Below, piece by piece: positions 63,060-64,000 of a stretch of DNA of 64,000 nucleotides. Origin of the DNA: the human T2T-CHM13v2.0 reference genome, Homo sapiens; the NCBI RefSeq assembly GCF_009914755.1, contig NC_060947.1; one strand, 5' to 3'. The translations under genes were made by a program, and so were the position numbers. The notes below the pieces were generated by a model. The model had not been told where the DNA came from, made no database searches, and saw nothing but the letters and a program-made list of their open reading frames with translations. Position 1 is the stretch's first letter; each line of letters starts with the position of its first letter.

Positions 63060-64000
63060 ATTTAATTTTTTTAGGTACACAGTAGGTACATGAGATGCTT
63101 TGAAACAGGCATGCGATGTGAAATAAGCACATAATGGGGACTGGGATATCTGTCTTCTCAAGCATTTATCCTTTGAGTTAGAAACAATCAAATTACACCC
63201 TTTAAGTTATTTTAAAATATGTAATTATTATTGACTATAGTCACCCTATTGTGCTATCCAATAGTAGGCCTTATTCATTCTTTCTATTTTTTTTTGTACC
63301 CGTTAACCATCCCCATCTCTCCCCCCACAACCACCAACTACTCTTCCCACCCTCTGGTAACCATCTTTCTACTCTATGTCCATGGGTTCAATTGTTTTGA
63401 TTTTTAGATCCCACAGATAAGTGAGAACATGTGATGTTTGTCTTTCTGTGCCTGGCTTATTTCGTTTCACATAATGATCTCCAGTTCCATCCATGTTGTT
63501 GCAAATGACAAGATCTCATTCTTTTTTTGTGGCTGAATAATACTCCATTATGTATATATACCACATTTTCTTTATCCATTCATCTGTTGATGGACACTTA
63601 GGTTGCTTCCAAATCTTAGATATTGAAAACAATGCTGCAAAAACATAGAAGTGAAGATATCTCTTTGATATATTGATTTCCTTTCTTTTGGGTATGTACC
63701 TGGCAGTGGGATTGCTGGATCATTTGGTAACTCAATTTTTAGTTTTTTGAGGAACCTCCAAACTATTCTCCATAGTGGTTGTACTAATTTACATTCCCAC
63801 CAACAGTGTTATGAGGGTTCCCTTTTCTCCACATCCTTAGCAGCATTTGTTATTGCCTGACTTTTGGATATAAGCCATTTTAACTGGAGAGAAATGACAT
63901 CTCATTGTAGTTTTCGATTTCCATTTCTCTGATGAGCAATTACGTTGAGCACTTTTTTGTATGCTTGTTTGTCATTTGCTTGTCTTCTTTTGGCAAGTGT
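63060..64000 (-). mobile_element. L1MA1/2-like 3' end, runs off the window
   Basis: 'ggtacatgagatgctttgaaacaggcatgcgatgtgaaataagcac...' L1MA 3' UTR. Confidence 0.88.

Overview
Primate (very likely human) genomic DNA from the large central introns of HTR2C (serotonin 5-HT2C receptor), gene on the + strand. The only cellular coding sequence is the 201-nt exon at 44695-44895 (ECL1-TM3-DRY-ICL2-TM4). It carries the five known A-to-I editing sites, a proximal and a distal alternative 5' splice donor, the SNORD115-complementary tract, and pairs with an editing-complementary sequence in the downstream intron. The intronic miR-448 hairpin is at 20146-20256. Most of the rest is transposable elements: a full-length antisense L1PA2/3-like LINE-1 (ORF1/ORF2 disabled, antisense ORF0 intact), many old L1M fragments, about 11 Alus, two solo LTRs, DNA-transposon relics and a 2.2-kb TA/CA-rich tandem array. 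The best candidate for an under-described system is the L1 antisense promoter plus intact ORF0: its first splice donor is in phase with the HTR2C edited exon, predicting an ORF0-5HT2C fusion lacking TM1-2. Other oddities are a serial 3' transduction in the L1 tail, a twin-primed insertion carrying a non-L1 transduced segment, a possible ~155-bp target-site duplication and an internally deleted L1. Repeat subfamily names come from remembered consensus motifs, not from a database search.
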